A DNA stretch of 64,000 bases from Octopus vulgaris (GCA_951406725.2 OX597818.1:5332001-5396000), one strand, 5' to 3'; counted from the stretch's first letter, positions 37,140 through 51,280 are shown. The notes: a model not told the origin generated them from the sequence alone. Numbers and translations are program-made.

Positions 37140-40100
37140 ATTGTTTCATGTTGGACTTTTGCTTTACATTTGTCCAAGTTGGCTCCGACTCTCACCCAGA
37201 GACCTCAAGAGAGAACGAGTTGGAAGTTCATGTTGGTGTTATGTCTAGGGTGCCATATATTTGGTTTTGTACATAGTGTTGTTCTAGAGAATGTTCAAGA
37301 AACCATGAAAACATTATGAGTTTGTTTTTAAATATGAGATTATATACAAACTATTTTGCGTAGGTTATGAGCAGTTTCCCTGAGCAATATCTTTTGAATT
37401 TCTGCCATTTTGGGGTTTCCTGGAATCTGAGCTAGGTAGCAATCAGCCCCTTTTGCTATAATTCCCAAGACACCAGGTATTGTTTTAGTCTTCAGGTTCC
37501 ACATTTTTCTAATTTTTATTTGAAGATCTTTATATTGGTTCAGTTTTTGGTAGGTCTTGACAAATACGTTTATATAGATTGGAACAGTCATATCAATGAG
37601 GAGGCATTATTTTTGTCTCGAGTCTTTCAATATGATGTCTGGCATATTCGCGTCTATCTTTCTGTCAGTTTGAATGGTGACGTTCCAGAGGAGTGAGATG
37701 TGATCATTTTCAAGCACTAGATGTGGTTTGTGTTCCCATCAGTTTTTACCATATGGCAAGTCCAGGCTTTTGCAACTTACCCAGTGAATATATTATGCAG
37801 CTCTATCATGCCTGTTGAGATACTCTGTAGGCACAAGAAAACTGCACTTAGTGACAACATTATCAATGGTTTCATTTTGTTGTTGACATACACGACATGT
37901 GCTATGACGTTCTTTAATATGTTGACCTGGTAGTTCCTTGTAGGTAGGCATTGATCTTGAGCTGCTATGATAAATCCTTCTGTTTTAGATTTTAAGCCAG
38001 AGGCCATTAGCCATTGTTGGGTTAGGGCTTTGTCATCGGCATTATTCGCTCTCTTTGGGTATTTGCCATAGAGAGGTTTTTCTTGCCATTTATCAAGAAT
38101 ATCTAAGGCATCAGTTTTAGCACGGGTTTTCATGTGCTTAGCTTTTTCTGCGCTTGTTTCTCGTATGACTAATTCAGGAATTTATTTTATTCGGAATTCA
38201 CTTAGATATTCCTTTGCCTGTTTTGTTACTTGGTATGATGATTACTTGTTTTCATGTTTGGGACAATTTTAACATCTAGTCCTCAGAGTTTTCAGGTAGG
38301 TGTCTAGGCCAATTGTGGCAATATTCATTGCTAACGTCAGTTGTAAAAGTCCACGGCGTCCATCTTTTCTTGCCAGAGAAAGTCCTTCTATATCTGCCTT
38401 AGGGTGGTGCATTCTATGCATTGTCAACAGTTTTCGCATTTTTCTGTCAAGATTACATATTTCAGTAATTGACCAGTTAACGACTGACCTGGTAGTTCCT
38501 TGAAGCTGCCCGCATAACGAGGTATGAAAAGCGTGTTAGATTCTTCAAGAACAACAACATGTTCAAAAATAACCCCCAATTTTTGGGGGGTAGTTCCTTG
38601 TAGGTAGGCATTGATCTTGAGCTGCTATGATAAATCCTTCTGTTTCAGATTTTAAGCCAGAAGCCATTAGCCATGGTTGGGTCAGGGCTTTGTCAACATA
38701 TGCACTATTCGCTCTCTTTGGGTATTTGTTATAGAGACGTTTTTCTTGCCATTTATCATTCAGAATATCTAAGGCAACAGTTTTAGCACGGGTTTTCATG
38801 CGCATAGCTTTTTCTGTTCTTCTTCTTCTTCTTCTTCTTCTTCTTCTTCTTCTTCTTCTTCTTCTTCTTCTTCTTCTTCTTCTTCTTCTTCTTCTTCTTC
38901 TTCTTCTTCTTCTTCTTCTTCTTCTTTTTCTTTTTAAAGCATTTCTGTTAAAGCATTGATCGCTTCTATCCTGTTTCTCGCATTCAGCTCTGTCTTGAGT
39001 ATTGCTCTTACTCTGCGATAACATTCTCTCCTGATCCTTTCCTTCATCACTGAATGCCTTATTCCGTCCCCTTCAATTACCCCTAGTTATTTGTAGCTCT
39101 CGGCTAGGTCTAACTTTTTTATGAAATTCTGCTGGTCAAGGTTAAAGTTAAACGTTACTGTCATATTTCCTTTGATAAAGGTAGCTTTTGCACATTTATC
39201 GAGGCCAAATTGCATTCTGATATCATCACTGAATTGTTTAACAATCGCTAGTAAGCCCTTGAGTTGTTGGTCATTCTTTGCAAAGAACTTTAAATCATCC
39301 ATGTAAATGAGATGATTTATATTGTTATCAAACATTTTATCACCGTACTGTTCATCATTGAGTAATTTTGAGAGGGGTATTAAGGCTAAAGATAAGAGGA
39401 TTGGTGATAGTGAGTCACCCTGGAGAATGACAGCATTTAGAAATACATTGTCACTATTCAAAGTTACTGTGGTTCTCCATGATCTCATACTTCCAGACAA
39501 AAATAGCGCCTACTTAGCAGAGTAGGCGCTATTTTATACATTTCTAGGCATTTCTTAATCCAGCTATGTGGCGGGCTCTTAAAAGCTTTTTTATAGTCTA
39601 TCCAAGCTATTGACAAGTTCTTGTGTCGTTTGTGACAATCTCCTAAGATCATCTTATTGATGAGTAGCTGATCTTTACAACCATAGGATCCACGTTTACA
39701 TCCTTTTTGCTCATTAGGGAATATGCTGTTTTCTATTAAAAAACTATAGGTATATTCAGTCAGGACAAATGTTAGCGTTTTATATACAGTTGTTAAGCAG
39801 TTTGTGGGTCTATAAGTTTTTGGTTCGTTTGTTTCTTCACTTTTTGGAAGCAGGAATATTAAACCATTGACTAGCCAAGAAGGCATCCTACTAGGTTGTT
39901 GCAAAACATCGTTGTAAATTATGTTAGCAGTTCATGGCTCTTTAGGATGGCATTCAACCAGAAGTTAGGAATTTTATCCTTTCCTAGAGACTTCCATTTG
40001 CTTGACCTCCTGAGAGCAGATCTTATATTTTCTACCTTGACACCCTCCCACTTTTGCTCCTCTAAGGAGTCCAAGTCTGTAGATATTCTATCAACCCTAG

Positions 40101-40583
40101 GGGCTTTTTCATTGTGTTTTTTCTTCTGCCCAAATTTTATTCTAAAATCCCTTCACTTCTTTCGACGGAACAAACTTTACAGTAACTGGTGTTTTCCCTA
40201 TCTTACAGTAAATAAATTGGGGGTTATTTTTGAACATGTTATTGTTCTTGAAGAATCTAACAAGCTTTTCATACCTCGTTATGCGGGCAGCTTCAGCACA
40301 TACCTTTTGCTTGATGGTTTCTATGGTGGCATCAATGGTTTTCATATATTTTTTCTTTAATTTTCGGGTTTTTGTAGGTTTAGTAGTCTTGTCAAACTTA
40401 AGGTTTTCCAAACATACCATGTCATACCTAAGTAGCTTAATTTGGTGTTGGATACACTCTTGCCAAGAAGGCTTTTTGTGAGAATGTTGCTGTTTTCTAA
40501 TCTTTTCAACACATAGGATCATTGAGATTTTCGCGGATGCATAGTACAGGTGGTTGTGATCTGTGATATCCACATCATTAGCT
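37140..40583 (-). mobile_element. Family A LINE, older copy, 5'-truncated, with an internal rearrangement at 38481-38950
   Basis: RT motifs ILQGDSLSP, HLIYMDDLK and WIDYKKAF; RLE C-terminus at 37340-37591; several frameshifts. Confidence 0.92.
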
Positions 40584-40604
40584 GATTATTATTATTATTA
40601 TTAT

Positions 40605-43600
40605 TCTATGTTTGACTTTTGCTTTATGTCTGTACAAGTTGGCTCCAAGTCTCACCCAGAGACCTCAAGAGACAACAGGTTGGAGGTTCTGTGCATTATA
40701 TTTTTTGTTTTTGTTTTTTGTTTTTTTTGGTGTTGTACTAGTGAATGTCTAATACATAAAAATTAAAAAATAAAAATAAAAATATAAAAAAAAGTTTGTT
40801 TTAAACCTATGTTTTACATAGAGAGTATTTTGCGTAGGATATGAGCAGTTCCCATGAGCACTATCTTTTGAATTTCTGCCATTTTGGGGTTTCCTGGTAT
40901 CTGAGTTAGGTAGCAATCAGTCCCTTTCGCTATCATTCTCAGGGCACCTATGACAACAGGTATTGTTTTAGTCTTCAGGTTCCACATTTTGCTGATTTCT
41001 ATTTCAAGATCTTTATATTTGCTCAGTTTTTGGTAGGTCTTGACAGATACGTTTATATCGATTGGGACAGTCATATCAATGAGGAGGCATGTTCTTTGTC
41101 TGAAGTCTTTCAATATGATGTCTGGCCTATTTGCATCTATCTTCCTGTCAGTTTGAATGGTGAAGTTCCAGAGGAGTGAGATGGGGTCATTTTCAAGCAC
41201 TGGAGGCGGATTGTTTTCAAACCAGTTTTTTTCATGGGGCAAATCCAGGTTTTTGCAAATTACCCAGTGAATATATTGTGCAGCTCTATCATGCCTACTG
41301 AGGTACTCTGTAGGCGCTAGAGGACTGCATTTGGAGACAACATGATCAATGGTTTCATTTTGTTGTCGGCATACACGACATGTTGGGCTACTGCCGTTCT
41401 TTAATATGTTGGCCTGGTAGTTTCTTGTTGGTAGGCATTGATCTTGAGCTGCTATGATAAACCCCTCTGTTTCAGATTTTAAGCCAGAGGCCATTAGCCA
41501 TTGATGGGTCAGGGCTTTGTCGATATCTGCATTATTCGCTCTCTTTGGGTATTTGCCATAGAGAGGTTTTTCTTGCCATTTATTATTCAGAATATCTAAG
41601 GTCGCAGTTTTGGCACGGGTTTTCATGCGCCTAGCTTTTTCTGTGCTTGTTTCTTGTATGTCTATCTCTAATTCCGAAATTGGTTGTATTCGGAATTCAC
41701 TTAGATATTCCTTTGCCTGTTTTGTGACTGAGTATGGTGCTTTCTTGTTTTCATGTTTTGAGACAAGTCTTAACATCCAGTCCTCAGAGTTTTTCAGGTA
41801 GGTGTCTAGGCCAATTGTAGCAATCTTCATTGTTATTGCCAGTTGCAAAAGACCACGGCCTCCCTCTTTTCTTGGCAGATAGAGTCGTTCTGTATCTGCC
41901 TTAGGGTGGTGCATTCTATGCATTGTCAGCAGTTTCCTTATTTTTCTGTCGAGCTGACATATTTCAGTAATTGACCAGTTAACAATATTGAAACTGTAAG
42001 TCACGACTGGTATGGCTAATGCATTGATCGCTTCGATTCTGTTTCTTGCATTCAGCTCTGTCTTGAGTATTTCTCTCACTCTTCGATAGCATTCTCTCCT
42101 GATCCTTTCCGTCATCTCTGAATGCCTTATTCCGTTCCCTTCAATTACCCCTAGGTACTTGTAGCTCCCCGCTGGGTCTAGTTCGTTTATGACATTCTGC
42201 TGGTGAAGGTTAACGTTAGATGTTTCTTTCATTTTCCCTTTGATAAAGGTAGCTTTTGCACAGCTGCTGCCTAGACATGTGATTTTTTTAGTACAGCTTG
42301 CGTAGCTACAGTAAAATGGAAGAATCTGATGTCGTCACTGAATTGTTTGACTATCGCTAGTAAGCCCTTGAGTTGTTGGTAATTTTTTGCAAAAAGCTTT
42401 AAATCATCCATGTAAATGAGATGATTTATATTTTTATCAAACATTTTATACCCGTACTGCGCGTCATTGAGCAGCTTTGAGAGAGGTATTAAGGATAAAC
42501 AAAAGAGGAGTGGTGACAGTGAGTCACTCTGGAAAATGCCACACGAAATTTTTACATCACCAGCATTTAGGGATTCATTGTCACTGTTCAGAGTTAGTGT
42601 GGTTCTCCATGATCTCATACTTACATACAAGAAGTTTCGCAGAGTAGGTGCTATCTTATACATTTCCAGGCATTTCTTAATCCAGCTATGTGGTAGGCTA
42701 TCAAAAGCCTTTTTATAGTCTATCCAGGCTATTGATAAGTTTTTGTGTCGTTTGTGACAATCTTCTAAGATCATCTTATTGATGAGTAGTTGGTCTTTAC
42801 AGCCGTAGGATCCACGTTTACATCCTTTCTGTTCATTAGGGAATATGCTGCTGTCTGTTAAAAAACTATAGGTATATTCCGTCAGGACAGATGTTAGTGT
42901 TTTGTACATAGTTGTTAAGCAGGTTATGGGTCTATAGTTTTTTGGTTCATTTGTTTCTTCACTTTTTGGAAGCAGGAATGTTAACCCATTAACTAGCCAA
43001 GAAGGCATCCTACTAGGGTGTTGCAAAACATCATTGTACAGTTCTGTTAGCAGTTCATGGCTCTCTGGGAAGGCATTCAGCCAGAAGTTAGGAATTTTAT
43101 CCTTTCTTGGAGACTTCCATTTGCTTGACCTCCTGAGAGCAGATCTTATATCTTCTACCTTGACACCCTCCCACTTTTGCTCTTCTAAGGGGTCCAGTTC
43201 TGTAGATATTCTGTCAATCCAGGGGGTCTTTTCGTTGTGTGTTTTTTCTTCTGCCCAGATTTTATTCCAAAATCCCTGCAATTCTTTTGATGGTACAGAC
43301 CTTGCAGTAAACGCTGTTTTTCCTATCTTCCTGTAAAAATTCTTGGTTTTATTTTTGAACATGTTGTTGTCCTTGAAAAATCTAACACGCTTTTCATACC
43401 TCGCTATGCGGGCAGCTTTGGCAGATACCTTTTGTTTGATGGTTTCTATAGTGGCATCAATATCAAGTATAGTTTTCATATTGTATTTTTTCAGTAATTT
43501 TGGGGTTTTTGTAGGTTTGGTAGTCTTGTGAGCCTTAAGGTTTTTCAAATATTCAATGTCAGATATAAAGATTTTAATTTGTTGTTGCAGACGCTCTTGC

Positions 43601-44660
43601 CAAGAAGGCTTTTTGTGGGAATGTTGCCGTTTTCTAATCTTTATACCACATAGGATCGTTGAGATTTTCGCGGATGCATAGTATAGGTGGTTGAGGTTTG
43701 TGATATCAACATCATTAGCTGAAATTATATCCTTACATGCAAGCCGGATTTTACCAATTATTTTCATGTTTTGGTTAGAGTTGCGGATTTTAGGAAGTGT
43801 ATCACGTTCATCCATGCTGGTTTCTTTAATTTTCAGCCATTCAATCATGATTTGATTTTCTAGCTCATGTAGTTCTGTTGGGTCAATATTTGTGTGACTT
43901 TCTTTATCTATTTGATGCTCATCTGTCTTAGTGTTTATGATTGGTTCAGGGAGTATTTCACTTTGCCTATCACTTATACTAAATCTTTCAATCCTCACAT
44001 CGTTTTTATCAGCCCTGGGCTGGTCTATAATTATTTCCTCTGTATTATCTTCTCTAGCTGCAGCTTCGTTCATTTTATCCGATATTGCTTGTCTAACTTG
44101 ATCAATCTCTACTTCAGTCAGTAATTTGTTTTTTATAATGTTTCTTCTGACGTTGGCAAGTTTGTTACTGTCTATGTAGGGTCTTACTTCAGGGTGTTTC
44201 TGTCTCCAGTTTAAGTATGCTTGTACAGTACTAGATTTATCCGTGGGGAAAATAATGGCATGGTAGAAGGCCTCAAGAACTTCTTTATTATCTTCCCTAG
44301 ACCATTTCTCCTTCTTTTCTTTTGATTATTTGGTGATGAGCATGGATGGCCATCTGTTGGAATATTCCGGTTGTGGGGTACGTCCAGCTCCTATGTGTTG
44401 GGAAGATTTGATCCAGTAGCTGATTTTTCAATCAGAATTTGGTTCAATTTTCGGGTACGTGGTCTTTTGTAATCCGCGCAACGACCAATGCGATTTATTG
44501 TTTGATTTGTTGACCTTGAAGCATGACGAGCATCCATTCTTATATTAGGAGATGGATCTGTCAGTTTAGGGTTCTCTACATGTAAGCATTGCTCATAGCG
44601 CAGCTTCTTAAGACTAGCAGATCTATATTCGTCTGTATTTTTTTTGTTGATAGTTTTATC
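40605..44660 (-). mobile_element. Near full-length R4/Dong-like non-LTR retrotransposon (single ORF: Myb-like N-terminus, RT, CCHC finger, RLE)
   Basis: KWSREDNKEVLEAFY (about 44310), NYRPITCL, WIDYKKAFDS, GIFQSDSLSP, YMDDLK, CRVC..ETIDHVVSKC, RHD, RPDII, IDMTVP, KLSKYKDL. The ORF is broken at 42263-42324 and near 44320; (TAA)n tail at 40584-40604. Confidence 0.95.
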
Positions 44661-45590
44661 TCCGAACATTTTTTTTCCTCCTCTTCCTTTCTTCAAGGCT
44701 CACTCTGCCTGTATTAGTTCGAAATAATGAGAATAAAATACGGAGAAAAAAAACGAAAAGAAAGGGAAAAAGACGGGATCTGTCAGTTATTATTGTTATT
44801 ACTATCACCTTCACCACCATCACCATCATCAGCAACATCACCATGACCATCATCATCATCAATGACATTGTTTTATGTGTAGCCACAGCCACCATCAACA
44901 CTCCATCGTGAGGGAGAATGGTTGGTTAAAGAATTCATGTTCTTTGGGTCTATAAATAGATTCGGCAGATGGTGGAGACAAAGGACGTTAATGGTCAGTA
45001 AAATGTCAAACCTGTTTACATTTATTTATTTTATTTTATTTTTATTTATTTTTTTTCCTTTCCTTTCTCTTTTCTTTCTCTCCACATACATATGTATATG
45101 TATATATATACTCACTCACACATTATCTGATGTTTACGTCGATGATTTAAAAAAAAAAAAACTTTCTGAGTTCAATGTTATGTAAATATTTTTTAAATTT
45201 CTGAATTCAGTTGTATGTATATATTAGTAGGTGCTTAATTCCATAACTTTTCATCGTGCATTTAATTGTGTTGTTACAATAAAAGGTAATTTAAAAGGCA
45301 ATTTTACACATTCTTATAGTCATGAGAGATGACTAAATGTAAATGTTCACACAGAATTGAAGATATTTATGTTTCTAATTTTTCTTGTTAGGTGTACGTT
45401 TGTATGAGCTGTAGATATGTAAGTTTTTTAAACTTATTTTGAGGGAAATTCAAATTACAGTAGTTCTTCCAGTTTTCTACAGTTGTTTTTTTCAGTTGTC
45501 CTGCTGGGTTCGCTGTTGCCAGTTCAGAGCATCGTAAAAATACATCCATCCTCTGTCACATCCAGCCGCCTTCCTTCTTATTATTTTCTT

Positions 45591-45655
<65 letters not shown>

Positions 45656-45672
45656 CATCATCATCATCATTA

Positions 45673-45707
<35 letters not shown>

Positions 45708-45715
45708 GTTATTAT

Positions 45716-46130
45716 TCATGGGGCAAATCCAGGTTTTTGCAAAATACCCAGTGAATATATTGTGCAGCTCTATCATGCCTGTTGAGATACTCTGTAGGCG
45801 CTAGAAGGGTGCACTTGGAGACAACATGATCAATGGTTTCATTTTGTTGTTGACATACACGACATGTTGGGCTACTGCCGTTCTTTAATATGTTGGTCTG
45901 ATAGTTCCTTGTTGGTAGGCATCGATCTTGAGCTGCTATGATAAACCCTTCTGTTTCAGATTTTAAGCCAGAAGCCATTAGCCATTGTTGGGTCAGGGCT
46001 TTGTCAACATATGCACTATTCGCTCTCTTTGGGTATTTGTCATAGAGAGTTTTTTTCTTGCCATTTATCATTCAGAATATCTAAGGCATCAGTTTTAGCA
46101 CGGGTTTTCATGTGCTTAGCTTTTTCTGTT
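45716..46130 (-). mobile_element. Internal family A LINE fragment bounded by (TTA)n and (TTC)n
   Basis: KYPKRANSAYVDKALTQQWLMASGLKSETEG...CRVC...RHDRAAQYIHW...LPHE. Confidence 0.9.
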
Positions 46131-46143
46131 CTACTTCTACTTC

Positions 46144-46175
<32 letters not shown>

Positions 46176-46373
46176 CTTCTTCTTCTTCTTCTTCTTCTTC
46201 TTCTTCTTCTTCTTCTTCTTCTTCTTCTTCTTCTTCTTCTTCTTCTTTTTCTTTTGTTTTTCTTTTTCTTTTTCTTTTTCTTCCTCTTCTTCTTCTTCTT
46301 CTTCTTTTTCTTTTTCTTTTTCTTTTTCTTTTTCTTCTCCTTCTTCTTATTATTATTATCATTATTATTATTA

Positions 46374-46450
<77 letters not shown>
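46130..46450. repeat. Compound (TTC)n / (TTTTTC)n / (TTA)n microsatellite
   Basis: Directly visible. Confidence 0.95.
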
Positions 46451-46451
46451 T

Positions 46452-46653
46452 CGCAGAATTATTAGCACGCCGGGTGAAATGTTTAGCGTTATTTCGTTTA
46501 TCCTCACGTTCTGAGTTCAAAATTCCGCCGAGGTCGACTTTGACATTCATTCTTTCGGGGTCGATATATTAAGTACCAGTGAAACATTTGGGTAGACGTA
46601 GTCGACTATCCCACCCCCTAAAGTTTTAGGCCTTGTGCCTCTAATAGGATAGA

Positions 46654-46655
<2 letters not shown>
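46452..46655 (+). mobile_element. tRNA-derived SINE, family 1, between (TTA)n tracts
   Basis: gcagaattattagcacgccgggtgaaatg...gagttcaaaattccgccgaggtcgacttt...ggccttgtgcc. Confidence 0.85.
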
Positions 46656-46720
<65 letters not shown>

Positions 46721-46749
46721 TATTATTATTATTAATATTATTATTATTA

Positions 46750-47367
46750 TTGAGTGAGAGATCAGTAAATGCCATCAAAGTGACACTGGGGTAAAATATA
46801 CAAAGCCCAGTATACCCATCATGACTATCCGTCTGGTAAGTGTACGCCAGGCACCTGCATCACAACCATGTGTGCACGACATGTGATCTCATATCAAGAT
46901 TAACAGTGCATGATCTTGCAGGTGGGGGCCTATTTAGAATTTTCTTCAGGTCGAGTAGCCCCTCCCGCTCAAAAGATCCCTGAAGAAGGATTGTTTAAGG
47001 GTGTTGAACGAACCACCCGTGTTTGCAAAGGTGAATTATCCAAACTTCTAAGATTTCCTTTCAACACATGGCTATGATGCTCCTCCACTACTTCAGCCCT
47101 GAATAAGAGTTGTTTAAGTATGTTGAACTAAACACCTATGTTTGCAGAGGAGGGGGGATATCCAAACTCCAAAGAATTCCTCTCTACACATGGTTATGAT
47201 GCTTTCTCACCACTTTTGCTCGTGGTCTGAGATGCACATATCAACCGGTTAAGGTCAAACAATTGCTGTAGGCCATCTTTTATTCCAAGACAAAACAATG
47301 TACATGATAAAACTTCCAATCTAAGATCAGAAGCCATGAGAGCCACTGTCCCATACTGGATAAAGGA

Positions 47368-47370
<3 letters not shown>
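46750..47370. repeat. Non-coding interspersed repeat with an internal tandem duplication of about 120 bp, flanked by (TTA)n
   Basis: Homologous to 32440-32880. The block ccctgaa.aag..ttgtttaag...acacatgg.tatgatgct occurs twice (about 46978 and 47097). Confidence 0.8.
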
Positions 47371-47425
<55 letters not shown>

Positions 47426-47499
47426 ATTATTATTATTATTATTATTATTGTTGTTGTTGTTGTTGTTGTTTATCATTATCATCATTATTATTATTATTA

Positions 47500-47581
<82 letters not shown>

Positions 47582-48742
47582 CATCATTATTGTTGTTGTT
47601 GTTGTTATTGGTATTGCAATATTATTAGCAGCAGTATCACATTTCATAAAGTGTTGTTAATATATGTTTACGTATTTGTAATCTCTTAAATAGTAACTAA
47701 AAATGACACAAGTAAAGAAAATAAGTCTGATGAGAACTTTAGCGTAGGTGTGATCGATGTTTCGGTAGCTTAATCTATGTATTGCGTCCTTAATTTTGTT
47801 GATATTTAGAATTACTAAAAGCGATGTTTTATGTTATGTTCCCATGTGTTGCATAACGTAGTGTTTCCATAAATAACGTTCAATCAAATCAGTAGCTTAG
47901 CAAAATGATTACATCGATTATTCTAATAGACACCGCCCTGAAAATGGTACATAAATAATATTATAATCCAATGACAGAATGTACCAAAATAATAAAAGAT
48001 TAGAAGAAATAGCAACTTGTACTTTCATTGCCGTCGATGTCTCTCTACTCTGACAATAGAAATTATATATGCCTCTCTCACTCTCTCAATGTATTTATCA
48101 CTCTCTATTTGCCTTTCTTTAACCTAACGACCGGAACATCACCCTCTGCTGAATATTGTATCCTAAACATATATCTTTCTCTTTACCTTTCCCTCTCCAC
48201 CCTACATCACGTCGTTAACACTTCTCTCTCCCTCTTTTCTCACCGTTTTCTTCTCTCGATTTTTTGACCCTCTCTCCTCAACTAATCACATGACGCATTT
48301 AGCCTTATTATACATCTTTTTCTACTTCTTCCTCAATTCATTCTTCTCTACTCACTTTTCTCCCCTTTCTCTCACTTTTACTCCACCACTCACTCTCTCC
48401 ACCTCCACGTCTCTTACTAATTAAAGTATAACGGGCGAACGAACAAGCAGATTATATAGATTTACTGATAAAATATAATCAAGAATATTTAGTTGATGAT
48501 TCGATTAAGAATTTCAATTGTGTTCATAAACTTAAAAGCAGCTTCTGACACCATATTCTCCTACGGGTGTAAACAGTGAGCATCGCTAGGTCCAGAGTTT
48601 AATCTCTAGCTTGTATCAGTACTCAGATATTCTGCATGTAACTGCAACTAGATTCATGAAGAAAATACTGATCCTAGTTAAATTACTGAGTGGGCAACTG
48701 TGTCGCGACTCATGAAGAATTTAGGGCACACAACATGGAGGG

Positions 48743-48799
48743 GATATATGGTACGATGTGTGCCATATATGGTACGATGTGTGCCATATATGGTACGAT
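48743..48799. repeat. 21-bp tandem repeat, about 2.7 copies
   Basis: atatatggtacgatgtgtgcc repeated head to tail. Confidence 0.9.
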
Positions 48800-51151
48800 G
48801 CAGATGTAGCACTTACACAGTGATGGTGATGATGATGATGACGATGATGACGACAATGGAGATGCTACTGCTGCTGAGTATTGTGATAATGATGGTGAGG
48901 ATGATGGAGATGCTGTTGATGATGACGACGATGTTGACTACGACGATAATTATCATTAGGATTATGACGAACATGATGATGATGGTGGTGACGTTGACAA
49001 ATATGCTGTAGAAGGGATATCACTGTAGTAGTATCTACTCCGCATTTCAAATATTAAGAACATCGTAAGATCACATGCTAACTTGAATGATATATTGACG
49101 AAAATAATTCAAGAAAAACCCATATAAAACTGGATGGCCAAAAATCAACGTCTTCTACCAAATATCTACTTATTCAATTCTCATTTCATAAAAATCGCCC
49201 CGATTTTTGATGTGCAAACTTCATATTTCAATTGAAATCAAATTTTCTAGCGTAGAAAACATGGTGTTTTCTTTTAATACTTACATGAATATTACGAGTT
49301 TTGCAGAAATACAAAGCTTATTTACATCAATGAAAGATATAATATTTATAAAATATACTCAACTGGAAAGTTCTATTCAACTATGTACTTTTTGATATCC
49401 GAAAAATATCGAAATGTGTAATAGATAATTGCCGATTCTGATCCTATAGAACAAAAATAAATAAATATATATATAAATATAATACAAACTTTTCTCATTT
49501 ATGACGTCATTTGCTTTGGAATATAATTAATAAGACATTACACTTTTGCAAAAATAAATACACCCATAACTACGATTATGCGAAAAACGACTAAATGTTA
49601 TATAGATTAATAAATGGTGAAATAAATCACCAATATTCATTGAAAGATATGTAGTTATTTGACTAAGTTGAAAAAGATTTAGAAGTGAGCGTGCCAACTT
49701 ACTAGAAGCATATTTATCATTAAATGACTCCATCATTTTTCAGCTATTAATCTATGCTGTTTCGATGTACATAGCTACTGCTATTAAAACTACCAACTGA
49801 ATTTTATTATACCATTACTATCTCTAATATACAAAGAACATATATTATAAATTATTTCTTATTGACGATTTCTAAGCGGCCAAGCACATTTATCGCTCGA
49901 CCCAACAAAATGTTGGCTCGAACTCAAACCAGTCTTGACTATAATTCCGTAGCCTAACCGCACATTAAAAATATCGATTTTTTCAATTTTTAATTCCCAT
50001 TAACTTTCTTAAACTTGTTTAATATTATTCATTATATTATATAACCTTTATTTTCATATAAGTTTTATAGCATAATAATTGATAATTATAATAATATGAT
50101 TTTTTTAAAAACATTATTTACTCGAGGACCTTTTCATATTCACATTTTGATAGACTCTCTATTTTACTCTTATACTCTCCCACTCTTCTTCTTTCTATGT
50201 ATATTTACTCTCTCTTTTACTTATTATTTCCCCTTTCTATCAGTCATCCCCTCTTTAGATATCTATATTTCTGTCTGTCCATTTGTTTCTCTGTCTGTTT
50301 CTTCTGTTTGTTTTTCTCTCTCCCATTTTACCACTCTCTATTTTTGCTTACTCGCTTTTTAACTTAATCTCCTTCTATTTCTGTCAATTCTCTGTCAATC
50401 CTCCTGTCCATCTATGAGTCCTCCACTCTCTCTATATCTATATGCCGGTCTGTCTGTCTCTATCTCTATCTCTGTTTTCTCTGTATTTTCGTTTGCGTTT
50501 CCCTTTGACACTCTTCCTCCTCTACCTACTGAACTTCCTCTCTTCCTCTCCTACTTTCCTCTATCTACCGACAATACTTTACTACCCTTTCTTTTCAGTC
50601 TACACAGCTTATTAATCTCTACCTCACAACATTAGAGAAGTTAAATTGCCCACGGGGTCATGTCACCACTCTGGTTATTCTTTGTCTCTTCTTTACGGTG
50701 ATCATCTCCAGGTCAAATTTAATTAACACCATGTCCGAATTCTCATTAATTCATTAGAATAAAAATACTACATGGGTTGTATCTTGAAGATAATAAATTT
50801 GAATTATTTTGAAAAAAGTAATAAACAATTATTTCCTTTGTACCTTCGAAAGGCAACATAAATAGAAATACAGAATATTCTCCCCTACCATAATCTCCCT
50901 CTTCCGGTGTTTGTTTATACATATATTGAAATATGTCATTCCGTGCAGTCGTGAGTATTTGTGTATGAATATCGTGATAATTTATATTTGTATCTTTATT
51001 GTTTGTGCATCTGCGTGTCAGGGTATATATATATACAAATATATATTTGTGTATAAATTTTTATTGTATCCCGGGTTTTATGCGCTAAGCCACTTGGTGT
51101 TAAATTGATGGTATTATTAAATTAATATCCAATTTTTCATCCTTATTTTTG

Positions 51152-51216
<65 letters not shown>

Positions 51217-51244
51217 TGTTGTGTTATATATATATATATATATT

Positions 51245-51280
51245 CGTTGCGTCTTGCAACCTTGGTTGCAAGACGCAACG
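51245..51280. repeat. Perfect hairpin with 17-bp arms and a 2-nt spacer
   Basis: cgttgcgtcttgcaacc-tt-ggttgcaagacgcaacg at the start of a (TA)n-flanked insert of about 200 bp. Confidence 0.95.

Noticed and set aside
48743-48799. Short direct repeats (also 61919-61987) as a possible CRISPR array
   Set aside because: Head-to-tail repeats without unique spacers, no cas genes, and a eukaryotic context.
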